Positions 23,512-37,937 of a stretch of 64,000 nucleotides of DNA are shown one piece after another (the first letter of the stretch is position 1; each line of letters opens with the position of its first letter). The stretch is taken from assembly GCA_965637545.1 (NCBI GenBank), contig OZ281494.1, positions 15,686,001 to 15,750,000 on the forward strand, read 5' to 3'. The translations under genes were made by a program, and so were the position numbers. The notes under the pieces are model-generated. The model searched no databases and was not told the origin of the DNA. It saw only the letters and a program-made list of their open reading frames with translations. Origin of the DNA: Phallusia mammillata. Lineage: Eukaryota.

Positions 23512-26500
23512 TACATCCACTAAAACGATTTTTTGACTGCTTCGCCGTTTCTACCACTTATTTACCATTCGCATGCCGTCCTGATAAATCTGCATGAAAT
23601 GAGGTACATTTTGACCTCTATAACACATGTATCATGGCGTCGAATGATCTATTCACCTTGCGCGTTTCAAGAGTTTCTATATTTTTGTGTTTCTGGCCAC
23701 CTATTTTTATGGTGTTTATTTATTTCGCATGTTGATAATGTCACTTGAAAGACCAAACATTTGTGGTTGTAATTTTCTTAAACATCTCATTTAAGCTGCG
23801 GTTTTTGGTTGCCTTTACACTGCATAAACATCTGCTACTGGTTGCAATAATTACAACTAAAACTTTACAGCTGCACCCATTGCCCATGGAGTAATTCACT
23901 GTCGATTGTGATTGTCGTGATTTATTACTTTGCTATTTTTTGTCCGCTGTGCAATGTATTTTGCATGTGCTCTGTACTAATCACAAGGTTTGATATTGGC
24001 TATACGAGTTTTGCGTTTTCCTGCTTGCAACAGGATAGTTGTAAATATAAAGTGCATTCAAACTGTGCATATGTGTTATAGTTCGTGAACGCACGAGCAA
24101 TAAACGTTTTGAAAAACTGCAAAGTTTGCTTTCATATTTTAGGTTAAAAAATGACAACACAACTAATCATCCCAAACACGTTTCTACGAATGCAATACAA
24201 AGCTAAAATATCACAAAAGACAGTTTTACAGTTAATATGCTTAAATCATAGGTCTACCTTTTTTCTCATGTCTGTCCCTTTGCAGATTTCAAAAGAAAAA
24301 AGGTTACTTCAACACACTAAATATTTACTCCCAAGTTTATTATCCACCCTATTGTTACATATCCAACATAATTTGGCCAACTTATTTTCCTCAAAAACCT
24401 AAAATGTATTCCCGTTTGACACCTTCTGACATAAATTGTCACGGACTGCTTAAGTAAGAGACTCTGTATTCTCGAGCCTTGTGGTTTGTAAGTGCTTAGC
24501 GTGCATGCTTTAACATAAAACAGGATCTATAATCTTATGAATATTATAGTTCCGTATCATTCATTCTAATCCTAACTCTTTTAACAAACAGTTTTTGGTT
24601 TACTGACTAAAGTAACAGCACACCCAACTTTTGTAGACAAAAATTGTAGACAAATGCATTAACGCAGTCTTCCAGTTTATCTTTCATTCACTGCGCAGAA
24701 CCTTAAATTGTGTTTAAACTTCTACAATTTTGTCCAAAAAGGTATATAGGGCCGTTTGTCTAAAAACAGTTTTATGACATATTTATTTACACAATATTTT
24801 AACACTTTTCTTTTGGAAATTCAAAACATTTGATACTTTTGGAAAAAAATATCGTGGTTATATGCTTGTGTCGCATGAACAAATGATTTACCTAAAGCGG
24901 TACTAATTTAATCAGCAATGTGACTTTAAAATTATTCCAATTAGCTGTCATGTAACTACTGTTTGGCAAACTGTCTTTAAAAAGGTTAAGTAAGTTAGCA
25001 ACTGTCATAGTTTACTTTTCGCTGAGGTAATGTACACCCGCATGTTAAAACATGCAAGTTTTCGTTTGAATTTATTCCAAACTAACAACACATAGCGCTT
25101 GTCATTGCCTCAGCTGTTTTAGCCGAAGGTTATTCATGACCATGAGCTTTACTCCGCCATTTTGTTTGCTTTGTTTTCGGTGCTCGTTCAAGGTCACGGT
25201 AGACTGAAACAGATCGTGCAACCTCGTAACTAGCACTTCACTGCGTGCAGGCTGTAACTGTACAGCAGTGTCAGGCAATTGTTCGCTTTAATGTAACAAA
25301 GTTTACAGTGCGAAATATTTGTTCGGGTTTGTGATGATTTAGCCAGTTGTGCTTACTTATCGACCGTGAAAATCTAATTAACATCAAATAGGTTGCTGTT
25401 TATTTTGGTTTGCAAAAAACGGAACAAGGAGGAAAGGTGAAAGTAATTTGAAACAAATGTATCATAAAATTAGTTGCTATCCGTCGTGTTATAGTATTTT
25501 TGCGTGTTGGTATTGCAATAGGTTTAGTTATATATTTCAGCTTGTTCGTTACATATAGATATCTATAGCTAATATGTGTTGTCGTTAATTAGGCTTCAGG
25601 TGTTTTCGAAAATGTAAAGCGCACTAGTTCATTCATTTTGTAGATAACACAAATTTTCTCGCAGTGTTTTGGCTTGCGCAAACAGGATTTTCGTCGGCCA
25701 GATGTGTGGATACTTGATACCCTCGCTGTGGTTGAGTACAGGCACGGTCCTCCATTTTTGCCTTTAATTTGGCACCCGGGTGGCAACCGGCTTTGGGGTT
25801 CTGGAGAGGTGCCGAGTTCTTAGCATTCGTGCGTTCAGCAGGTCAGAAAATTGAAGTGATGGATAACCCACAGTGTGATGCAAGAACGCCCATAAATGCC
25901 CAGTCAAACTCGTTGATGCGTTTGCCCCAATGCTCTTCGCTATTGCAAAGCGGCGTGTCCATGCGACAGGTGCTGTAGAAACGCGCATTAAAAAGCAAAA
26001 TCACCTGCCGCAAAAATGTTAAGCGCATGCTTAATCACAAACGTTTTTAGCTTGGGTCGAAGGATGGTGAGGTCCACGTTGTTGCAATCCAGCCATATCC
26101 ACCCTTCGCTCACCTTGCCGCGCACTATTGCCTCCCATGCGTCCAGCCATTACGGCCTCTGTCAACAACGTTTGGTAACAATTGACCCACGATGTATAAA
26201 ACTGGGTGTGTCCGTTTTCCACCTGATCAAGTCCGTTGAGGATTTGTACCAGTGTGAGAAGAGCATTGTGTGGTAAAAATTAACCTTTAAAACTTTGAAG
26301 CCTATGGAAATAAACTCTTATTGGGGTCCGCCTTTGTGACGAAACTTGAAGCGCAGCCACAACGCACGTTTATAGTCCATCGCCCGTAATGGCCCGATTA
26401 TGCGCTTGAAAGGAACTCTAGTGTTTTGGGTAAAAACTAGACCCGTCACACCGTAGCCGACCGCCACTGGACGTTACTGACCAGGCGTGCCACGAACAGC

Positions 26501-29500
26501 AAAAACAACAACCGCACGAGACCCAAGTGATTGTGTTACTGTGGAGTTTACGTAAGATTAAGTGGAAGTTTGATGCGATCTCTCGAAAAGCGTCACCAGA
26601 TGGGTGTCCACTACAAGTGCTGGTTTGTTGTCACTAGTTTAACACCTGCTCAAAAAAACTCATGTTAACGTGGTTCAGAATGAGTAGCAAATTAAAAAAA
26701 ATTGGGCACAAATAAGCAACACCTATTGTATGAAACGGACATATATTGTGGTGCTACATACACACTTGCCCATACGATACAGAAATGTTCAAAGTTTTGA
26801 TCTTGGTTGCGTTTCCGTACAAGGTGTCGCGGTGTATTGTTTGCTTGTTTGTTTGAACAACAAAGACAACACACATCAAGCATGTACGCTCGCGGGCACT
26901 TACGGGCGCACCGGGCTAATCGCACTTTCAATGGCTTGGCCTGTGTTGTAAAATGAAACTGGCGTGATTACATCACGTTCGGAACGCAGTAATCCGACGG
27001 CCCTGGCCCGGTCCACACAAACCCGCGTATTGTGCGACACGAATACGTCGCATTGTGGCGAGATATCTGCCAGATAAAGTAGGTCTGTGTCCACACTGAG
27101 CTGGCCCGATTCGATCTGGACCACCACGTCGTCTGCCTTTTGATTTCTATTGTCGCTTACGGGGCGGGCAAACACTGCCAGAGGGGTTACGCGACGGTCA
27201 ACATTCGATCGCTTTGTCGCCGTTTGTTTGGTTTGCAATTCTCCAGTCGCTTTAATTAATAATTTGAAGGTTCGCACGTGCTTTCCTGTGCAAATTGGTT
27301 TGCCTTGTCTCTACGTGTGTGTCTCGTGCCGAGTCACTAAATTTGCACCGGTTTAAAATCGTTTGATCTATTGTTGACATTTTTGGTTATGGTAAAACGC
27401 GAGGAAGACTGACATGTTGAGTTATCCTTGCCTTGTTTGGAATCTGCTTCAGGAATGCATAAAAGCACCGAGTTTGAAATCAAAAGTTTTGTTTGGCATG
27501 AAGTCACATGTGACTTGATTGCAATCAAATGATATCGATTTATTATCAAGATCATACAACAAACGAGTAAACATATACAATAAAACGCGTAGGCTGTTAT
27601 GTGTAAAATAGGTAACTACGTGGTTACAAAACGCAATGATTTAAGAAATCCAAATTGCTATGAAAACATCTATAGATAATAATTAGTGAGAATTTTTTAG
27701 ACCAAAAAAGTAAATTATATAGCCTACAGGCCGTTGTAAGTTGGCGCCATCCTTTCGTGTCCATTCCAACGAGAAAGATATCCTGACAAGTGCTCCCAGC
27801 TCGTACGTAAAGCACTTTGCCACTCAGCCTTTCGCTATCGTACCACACACTCTTCATCACAAGTCCCCACTTTCACTGCGAGGTCCCCTAGCTGGTGGCA
27901 CCAAAGCTTAGTCCTAGACGCCTCTCGAATAGCACTCGGCCGAACGATTCCCTGTTCGACAGTTGTCGCTGAGATATTGTGTGTTTTGATGATTCCCCAA
28001 AACTGGTAATCGGCGCTTGTAAAAGTGAAGAAAAGCCTTTGATGTCGTGACTTAATCTGCTCTTGTGGAACATCTTGCGAGGAATAACATCACGACATCG
28101 CTTGCAATTAATGCTCTCGCTGTTTTAGTAATTTTTTAAAAATATCAACCTCCGCGAGTATAACACACATTTGCTCGCAAGGTCCTATAGCAGGGTTCCT
28201 GGAAATCCTTTTGAAACAATGTAATAAGCACATTTTGCGTAAATTACAAAAACTTCTCGAGGCACCAAGATTCTATTTGAATCGACTTCGGTAGGACATT
28301 CACAAATTTTCGAACATATTCCGGTCCAAAATGGTTAGCCCACGGGCTACTGGATACAACGGTACAGTCACATCCGATGTCTTTACCCCTCAAACTTTCA
28401 GCAAACTGATTCGGGCGCGTCCTGGTTTAAGTTCAACGTTTTTGAACCATATCACAGCTTAAACGTCAAGCACAATAGCTTGTCTTTGTCAAACTCGCCT
28501 TGACATTGATTTATCTCTCGGTGTGCGTGGTCATATTATCCAAACTTTTCACTTCGGAAGAGCAATTAGCAGGTTTGCTGAGGTAACCTTCCCTTACATT
28601 TTGGTCACTGTCGCCTTAGCAACGACCGTAAGGTCGGGGTGCAACCATGCAAAAAATTGGTTCAAACCCTAACCCTAATTGGTCATCTTCTTAACCATGC
28701 CCCGCTTATAATACGAAACCACACCTGAGTCTGAAATCAAATGTTACTCTGCAGCACCCTAGACTTTTTTAATGATATCAATATGCTAAGACAACTTTTT
28801 AGGTTGGTTATGGGTTTTTGTTTTTCTGGAAAACGTTGGTTGGTATAGCTATATATATGCTTGGGATCGCGTAAAATTTGTATCACTAATACAGTGTTGG
28901 TAAACGTATTTATTTGAAAAAAATAATACACCATTTCGTCCCAAGTAAGGTTTTTCGTATGTGAGGTTTTTGACACTAGTTGCTGTGTTTTTTCTTGTTC
29001 TGAATTAATTAAATTACATACACATTTCTCGGAGGTTGTTGTGTATTATACTATCGTTTTGATTCATAAAAAAAATGTTTAAAAACAAGAAAAAACTCTT
29101 GAGTGGTTCAAATAGAATTCTTGTCAAATTAATCCGGGGGATGCACATACCCGTCACGAAATACCGTGACGTGTTGCTCAGTGGTACGCTTGACTGCCCG
29201 CGCTAATTGCAGCAGCAAGTTAAACCAAACGCTGGCAGCGTTTGCCGAATATCCACAATAAGTTCAGCGCGTCTCAAATCTTTTAATTGAGTCAAGCCTG
29301 CATCAGGATTCCCAACATACACGTTTGTGTGCTTATAAGGTGAAGTTGCGGCGTCAAGGATCGGCCTGTTGGCTTCAAAGCTTAACCTATGCACTAGAAG
29401 GCGTGATGCGTGGTCGTTGCCGGTAAGCAAATCAGGCAATGGACAAGACAAAACACAGTTAAAAGCTATTTGTCAGGCTGTCAATCAAAAGTGACACTTT

Positions 29501-32500
29501 TAACGTTACTATTTATACCCATTCGAGTGTGTTTGTGTTTTTTCTGTTTGTTTAACGACACAGTATGGCCATTTCTCCATATAACTTACATCGCAGCGTT
29601 GTATAACAAATCCTTTAAGTTAGTTACAAAAAGGTAGTGCTGCAACAAATAATTGTCATCCAATAACTTGGGTGATGCATCGGTGTTTATGGGAATAAGG
29701 GGATTGCAAAGGCAGTAAGGTTTCAAAAATACCTTTTACAGTTTTACGTCACAGTCTGTTTGGGGCGCGCCATTAAAAAATACCAGGAATGCCCGTATAA
29801 AAACCCGAGCTAAACATTTTTTTTCCTGAAACATATATTGTTTGTTTATGTTTGACATAATTTGTGTCCTACCTAAAAAGATGCAAAAATAATTTTGTTG
29901 CTTTTACTTTACCAATGCGCTCGTTCCAACACATAGCCAACCACATCAATCAGGCCCTTTCTCCATGAAATGACTCCCAACCGCCGGCCACTAACACTCC
30001 AAAGGTGTGGCGATTCGGTCACCCTGAATCATGACCAGCATAGGAACCCGAAAACGCAATCGCCGTGAGATTTCAGCCGCCCACCGTCGCTGCCTGCAAT
30101 CTCGCGTAACTGAAACTGGATTTTGTGCCGACCGATCGGCCACACGTATCGACATGGGAACGACCCGCTGTGTTTAGGCCACTTATGTGTGTGAACGATT
30201 TAAAATTCCTACGTTTTCGGACGCAAATTTGGGCCAGGTGTTGCCGAGACTGACTCTTGAACGACTGTGAACGGGTCAAGTTTTTGTTGCTAATGAGCCT
30301 AGCACTGGACAGAGGTCAGCTTAATGGGAACTGGAGTCGACCAAAAAATTGACCTTTCGCTCAACGTGTTTCGTTCCTTTAAGGCCGATTGAGTTGATAT
30401 CAAAAGTCTATTCAAGGACAAAGCCGTATAATTTTGCTGCCAACTTTAGTGAGCACAAACTGTTATCTTTTTTGCAAACCAAAGTTCTAAATTTGGCAAA
30501 AGGATTAATTAAGCCCGCGCCTATTATTTCTCCTGAAAGAACCTTCACACAAGTTTTACAATTTAAACGTATACTTACCCCTACCCACTAATAAGGCACG
30601 TGTAGGCTTTAAAACACTGAAAACGAAGTCATAAAATCTTTCAAGTGTTAACAACATGAAATGTTTAAATAAAATAATTTTCCTACAATCTACATTGAGT
30701 TATTTATGTGTCTCAGTGATTTCATTTTTTTTTCTGCGAAGATATTTGTTGATTCTACATAACACGTGGGCCTTTTGGCGCAGGGGGAAATGACACCTCA
30801 CATAAAGGGAAATCGATGCTCAATTGAGTAAACGTCGCGCTTTCGATCGAGCTAAGAACAAGACAAGCGCAGCCTTTTAACAAAGCGTGTTGCTTACATC
30901 TTTTTCGCGTGCTCACTTTCACAAACCAAGCAAACGTCGCAATTTAATCCCAGCCACTCGCTTTAATGGTTACCACAAAGAAAAGTAAGTGGTGGCGGTT
31001 TGTATAGACAAGTGTTGCTTATGAAAATGTTTTTTGTACGTTTGCTGTATCACTGTCTGAGTAAATTGTACGCCCGAGTAATGGGTCACCGGACCCTATT
31101 GGATTGGACAAAGGTGATGTAAACCGATATACCCTCAGCAAATTAGATGGGTATTGACGAATCAACATGATGTAATAGATTACATGCGGTGTTAATTTGC
31201 GTTGGGGATTTTGTTGGGTAATTAGGAGAGTTGCGTTGAGTGAATGCTTAATTAAACCCAAGAGACGTGTTTTTGCCGAGTTAAATAGAAGAAAAAGTCC
31301 GTTTCTGTCTCGACTAGCTAGTGTTTATGTTACGTTCTAATAACACCATCACATAATTCATTTTAACACTAATTACTTTAACCTCAACTCAGATGAAAAA
31401 CATAAAAAAATATATTTTCAAATGAATAAGCAAAGTATTAACAGAGCTAAGAAATAACGCTCACATGCAACAGGCCTAATCCTAGATTTTTTCCGAAATT
31501 ATTCTGATGTTTTTAACGTTATTATTTACTGTTTCTTTTTCATGAGCATGGGGATATTTTTGCCACGGGACTTAATTATTTTTCGTTCTCGTATACGGTG
31601 ACATGTTAACAAAACATTATTTATTCGAGCATTTATTGGTTCCAAATTGTTCCAAACATTTGCTATTTACGTTGTTATATTAGGGTAGTGGTGTCAATCA
31701 ATTGCTGGCCGAGCGTAAGATCATGTATACGCGCGTGTTGTCAATTTTCTCTTTTCTTTCGACCGAAGGAAACTTGCTTGTTCGGCCACGGGTCAACAGT
31801 TTGTAAGCTGTGCTCACCAGATTCAGAGCGAGGTGTGACGTGTTGGCAAACAACGGCATAATGTAGGTTGTTTACTCGTGCAAACACCGTCCTTCCTATT
31901 GTCCAATTGTTCTCTTTGACCTGCCGTCGCGAGCTCTTTGATGCCTTGTTTTTTTGTCTAGCCTGATCGTGTTTTTCACCCAGTTGTGGAAGCGGATGCT
32001 GCGAAACTCTCAGTTTAATTAGGCACCACGATTTGTGTGGTGTGTTTTTTGGTATTTACTTGCACGATTCTTTAGCGGCAATTCGGTGATCATTTTCCCG
32101 CCGACTGCGGTCCGTTTTAAAGATAAAATGGCGACAAGACACAACAGTCAGATTGATTAAACGTATTTTAAATTGCAATTAATATTCTATATTTGGGTTC
32201 AAATAGAAAAATAATGTCTAATTGTGCCAGATAAAGTAGTTGCGTTGTTTAATTGGTTCTGGATCTTTGGGCGTTGCCTCTAAATGTGGTTTTAATCAAC
32301 AAAACTAGAGACCGTTTGGAAGTTTTCCGATGAAGTCGGAGTGTTAACCTGGCGATAAAAGTAAAGTCTTCTCTAATTGTATAAAAGTCTAGGTAAAAAA
32401 GAAAACATCATTAAATGACCGTCTATAAACGGTCTTGCTATTTTCGTCTGCGTTTTAAAGTCATTTGCGTTTTAAATTTTCGCATTGATGAAATTGTTTA

Positions 32501-35500
32501 ACCCACATCAGAACAATGCTTACCACAAACCAAACCAAAAGTTTTGTTTGTATGTGTATCCGAAGTTACATTTGTGTGCGATTTTAGATTATTGTTGTAA
32601 TGTGAGCGTTTTCTTTTTTTATCAAAAAATCAAGATCAGACTGACTTTGCGACGTAGCATAAAAGAGCCCTCGTTTAAAAAGGCACTTGGGGCATCACTC
32701 TGATTTACCGAGGGTTGTTTCATAACACCGCAATCAATAATTTGCCCTTTCCTTATTTGGAATTTGTCACGACCCGCCCTACATGTTTTGAATAGTAAAG
32801 GTCATCGTCAAATTTCAACCACGAGAATATTGGCACATTTTGCCCGCACAGAAACAGCACGAACGCACGGTGCAGGACGCATTCCCATAACATTACAAAC
32901 GCCGCAATTGGACCGATTTACCATCGTCAAGACACGATTTTACCCCTTGCTGAAAGGGAATCCAAAATCGTGAGCACCAAAGCTATGCGGATTCGGCTTC
33001 TGGTAATCTGTTGACAGTATAGTAGCCCGAAAAGCTATGTCTATTGATGCGCTCCACTTTAATAACCGTTGGTCTGACGTTGAGCGATTGTCTTCAAGGC
33101 TCTGTTGTGGACCCGTGCCGCCAGGTTAATTCAGTTGGAGTGATTCCACAAACAAATTAAAAAACAAAAAAGAGAAACTCCCCCACCTCCTTGAATAACA
33201 AACCTCTGTTTGTTTGTTTCTTTTGGTTCAGATTTGTTTACTTTTTTATTTGGAATTTGTTCATTTGCTGCAGCATGAAAATGAATTATCTGCATGGCAT
33301 TTGAAAACAGCATGTTGAAACGGTGACAAGTTTTTATCGACTTTTAGTACAAACCACACATATGCTGACTTTGGATTACTGTGTGATGCCTATTACGTTT
33401 CGTTGCAAATCTGAATTTTGATTAAACATAATGAACAAAAACATATAGAAACCTAATTACTTTATTTAATTGCTCATTTTTGCACTGTAGAATGTCGCGT
33501 TCGTCGTGTCGCGTCTCTCGTCACGGGAGCAGCGAAAGTGAATCGGATCCACGATCATTCCATGCGCCTTCCATGCACCATTCGAGACGTTATTATCTGG
33601 CCCATTGCAGATGGCCCCACCACAAACCATCAAACCACTACCGTGAACATTACGCAAGATGATTTAACGGGTTCTGCTCTTGCTTTCCCGGGGGTCGAAT
33701 GAGGATAATCTTTCCTTGTGGTTTTAAATCGGGCGGTGCTCACAGTTCAGCTTTTCAAGATGTCAAAACTTTTGATTCGCATTTGTTGAGGTGTTGTGGT
33801 TTTCTGAGTCTGTTTAGTATTGCTTGTCAATTGTATCTTCTGTGACATAAATTCTAAATAAGTTTGAAGGTGAACCAATGAGTTTAAAACAAGCCATTTG
33901 ACAATTAAAAAGACATACTTTCACGAGAAAAAATATAGTGGTGTCGTTGAATAGAACAGTTTGTTTTGCTACTTTTATATTTTTGCAAGTTTTATGCGTG
34001 CCATTGTTGAAAAACATATGTAGTTCCATCCGCAAAAGGTTTAATGCCATTTTACATTGTTTATTTCCACACATGCAATTATAAGTTAGTTGCTTTTACA
34101 TCACCATTTTGAGGATTTTGTTTTGTGAGCCGCTGTTTTGTGCTCTTTTTTGTTACTTTATTTGTGTCATTGAAAACGATTCCAATTTATTGCTTATTTC
34201 AGTGTTTTTGAATACAGTTAAGAACCATATGTTAAAAGACGATTAGGTTGAATTATTTACGATTAGGTTGAATTATTAACTACGCAAGAATAAAAAAATA
34301 GTAACTCATACCTCTTTTTACGATTTTTACCTTTTTGTAGTTACTGTTTAAGACTTTAAAAAAATGCTGTTAGGTTGATAAAACAAGGTCAAAGTCTTTT
34401 TTATGCTTTAGTTATGACCACGGTTGCAGTATTAGGTCACTTGCATATTGCGTGCTTTTGTTTTTCTGCCATTGGAAAATTCTGCTTTAGTGTTATGCAA
34501 TACAAATTGTCAATTTATCAGTTGTCTCTTGTTGGTTCGTTTTGTCAGCAATACATTACCAGCATCAATTGGTTGTGTGGCATAATCAACAATTGATTTT
34601 TTGCAACTCACAAACGCTCTGCCGCCATATTGTTTTTTTGGCTTTAAACTTGAGGTTTTAAAACTTGAAAGTTTTAAATTGAAAACAAATACCGAAACGA
34701 AAACTTTGCAAGATACTTATATAGGTAAAATTGCAAACAGTTGTTAAATTTATAGGTTTAATAAAAAACATTACGTTTTCGCATTAATTTAATAGCGTTT
34801 GAAATCAGTTTGCCAAGTTTTGACCATAATAAAAGTTTTGCAAAAACTAAGGCAGTACCTATTCGCACTTTACAGATATTTCGCCGGTTTTAACGAAATG
34901 CAAAATAGTATGTGTTACTTGAATGGTTTTGACAAAGAATTAATACAGAGCAAAAACTACTACACCAGTATTTACAACACTCCTATTCACTAAACCGGAC
35001 AGCAGGGCACAACCAATACCCCGGTCTGTAAATATTGTATCAACGGGTACTCGGCCCGGCAAGCAAACAGCATTGGGTCTTGTGTCTATATGCACAAAGC
35101 TTGAGCAGGCGCGCGAAGCCGCGAAAGCCGCATTGAGACCAATAGTTTCCAAGTTTGATTCATTGGAGTGGGCCTGTCTTAACCCAACAGACTATCAATG
35201 ATTTGATTGTTTGCACTGCCATTAAGGTGTTGTATTAACGAGCAGGGAGCATGCCGTAAGTAAATAATCTTCCGGATTCGAAGATCAAGCACGACAACTT
35301 GGTGTGAGATGTAACTGGAGGTGATTTTGAACCAAACCGTATACCACACAAAAATTTACATTCTCTTGTCGCACACAAAAATATACATTCTCAGTTTTTT
35401 TTGTTAAAATTTAATTGTTTTGAAAAAAAAGCATAAAAAACAAGCAACAAAACTATCAACAAAATGTGCACAAAACGCAATGGTAGAAATGTGACCACAT

Positions 35501-37433
35501 CAATGTAAGGAAAGACACCATTATTTAAAGTACTTTGTGGGAATTCTTATCATCTGTACAGTAAAAATTCAACAGTAAAAGAATAACATAAAATTGTTAT
35601 TTAAAATCATGTTTTATTTCTGTTTTTAAATGTACAAAAAATATTTGATCTTTTCTATTTATTTATTGAATAAATAAGAGTAACCCAAACACAATCAAAA
35701 GTTTAAACGTTGCGACCAACATAAACAATGATTCACATTTTGGAATAATAAAAACATCCAAAACACCAACGTTTTTTCTGACGTTGAATAATTTTATTTA
35801 CTGTTCCAAATACGCAATCTGCGCAGGCATCTGTCTTAATATTGCCCACCATAAATTATGGATGCCAAGTTATATTGGAGCTCGTTTATTGGCGGTTCCA
35901 GACAATATTAGCTCGAAAATGAAACTGAAAGCACACAGCGACCATTGCACTTAGCGAAGATGCTAAAAGAGAAAGCAATCACTAGAAGAGGATGAGCTGT
36001 GGGTGTCGAGAGGATGAGGAGTGGGTCGTGAATCAAGCGCTGTTCGATTGCGAATAAAGGCCAGCAGTTAGGAATGCGAGGCCTCGTTGCTCTGTCAATA
36101 TTTGCTTGATCCTTTTGCGCCGTCTTCAGCTGCGATAATGACGACGAGAGGGAAAGCGGAGTAGGACGAACGAAGAGGAGAAGAGAGATTTAAGATCATT
36201 AAGTTCGCGTCGCCTGCTGTGTGAAGCAAAATATATCTGATTGCGATCGAGCGACGGCATCAGCCGGGTAGTTCGCGGGTTGGTGAGAATTCGATGACGT
36301 CTCTTCTATGAAGCGTCACTGGCATCAACGCTTTCGTCCCAGGCTTGATGACAGATAGGAGTGAATTAAATGGAAGCGGAGATTATCGTTGGTCGCCGAG
36401 GTGCGATCTCACTCAGACCGATTCGCTTTTGTATGCAAACATCCCATTTGTCAGCCAAACTCTGAGACACAACCTGTGGACGTAAATAAAGGCACGTTGT
36501 TGCTGGAGTGTTTTGGCAAATCTGCTTGGCGAATAAAATGACATACATCAGTAGACGTATAACATAGTGAAAAAAAATTAATTTATATTTTAGTTTGCTC
36601 TTTTCAGCTTCGTAACAATTCAATATCTAGAAATGTGTTTTAATGTAATACTTGCGTTAGCAGAATAAAAATAAACGGCCCGATAAAAGGTAAAACAACC
36701 AGTTTCTACACAAACTATAAGTGTTCGCATACTATCCAAAATAAACATTTAGAAATTGAGATCTGCGATTTTGAACTGCAGTTTAAAAGCATATCGGTTT
36801 TACAGAATTCGACACATTTAAAATCTACTCTTATCAGCATTTATCAACTTATACACTCTTTTATATTTCTAAAATCTATTTTAAACAAACAATAACTTAG
36901 ATCTTTTTTTATATCCAATTTTCGCCTAAAAGCGATAAAACATTTGTTTTGAATTGTTTTACCGGGTAAATAAAAAATGTAATTTAAATCCAAAAACATT
37001 TAAAAGAGTAAAAAAATTATAACGACGATACATCTGATTTTCGTTAGAAGCTCTATAGGCGATATGATTTGTTTAACACTATTCGGGCTTCGAAATCAGC
37101 TCGTGCTCTGCTATCTTTTGCATTTCACTTTATCGAGACAAATTCTTTTCGATAAAAAAATATGTTTTAAATAAAGAATTTAGGCAAAAAATCAAATACT
37201 ATGTAAAGTTAGAAAGGATTAAAACGATTAAATACACGGTAAAGTTTACCAACGCTTCAAAACAATATTTTTTATGTATGCTACGTTTAAAAGGTAAAGA
37301 AGTTTTTCAAACTTGTCAAAAGTGTTGTAATCCTAATAGAGATCCTTTATATTGTATCGTAAACACTGCTGTTTTATCAGGCAAAAAAACACAAGTTTGT
37401 ATGCGACATGATGCGCACCACAATGCCTTCAAT

Positions 37434-37937
37434 CAGAGGTCACCAAACTACGGCCCGCGGGCCGGATCCGGCCCGCGAGGTCATTTCATCCGGCCCGCGA
37501 ACACATTTTTGGTTTGCCAAATCGTATTGGTAACTTTGTAACATTCAAAAATTAATCTACTCCTTATGAAAGTTTTCCTGTCGCTATATGTGTAATTGAT
37601 ATTACCTATAGTTTTATAGAATTACAACGCCCAAGATTGATCCAAACCGGTTTGTTACGGCACAAAGAAGACTACAAGTGTTAATTGTGCGCAAATAATT
37701 GCCGTATTTTGTTACTTGTGACGTAATATACAAGCATTGCTCGTAAGATGAGACCAACTGTACAATTTAACAGTCGCAGTACCATATTTTAAATAGGATT
37801 GTAGAAAGACCATCTCTTGGCCCCCTATAAAGGGGCTAAGTTTGGAAAGACGGCGTTGGGGCGTGCAAACTATGCAGCCCGCGCGAATCATTATTAACCT
37901 TATCCGGCCCGCAGTGAAAAAAGTTTGGTGACCACTG
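37434..37937. mobile_element. Charlie/Buster-like hAT MITE (504 bp)
   Basis: TIRs CAGAGGTCACCAAACT / AGTTTGGTGACCACTG; TSD CCTTCAAT / CCTTAAAT; GGCCCGCG repeats. Confidence 0.92.

Noticed and set aside
22412-23597. Alternative-frame and antisense ORFs overlapping FoxA
   Set aside because: Expected by-products of GC-rich, low-complexity coding sequence; no independent signals.
28664-28678. CCCTAACCCTAA telomere-like repeat
   Set aside because: Only two units; compatible with chance.
34239-34278. 20-bp tandem duplication; a similar ~41-bp one lies at ~55878-55950
   Set aside because: Ordinary slippage duplications without further structure.
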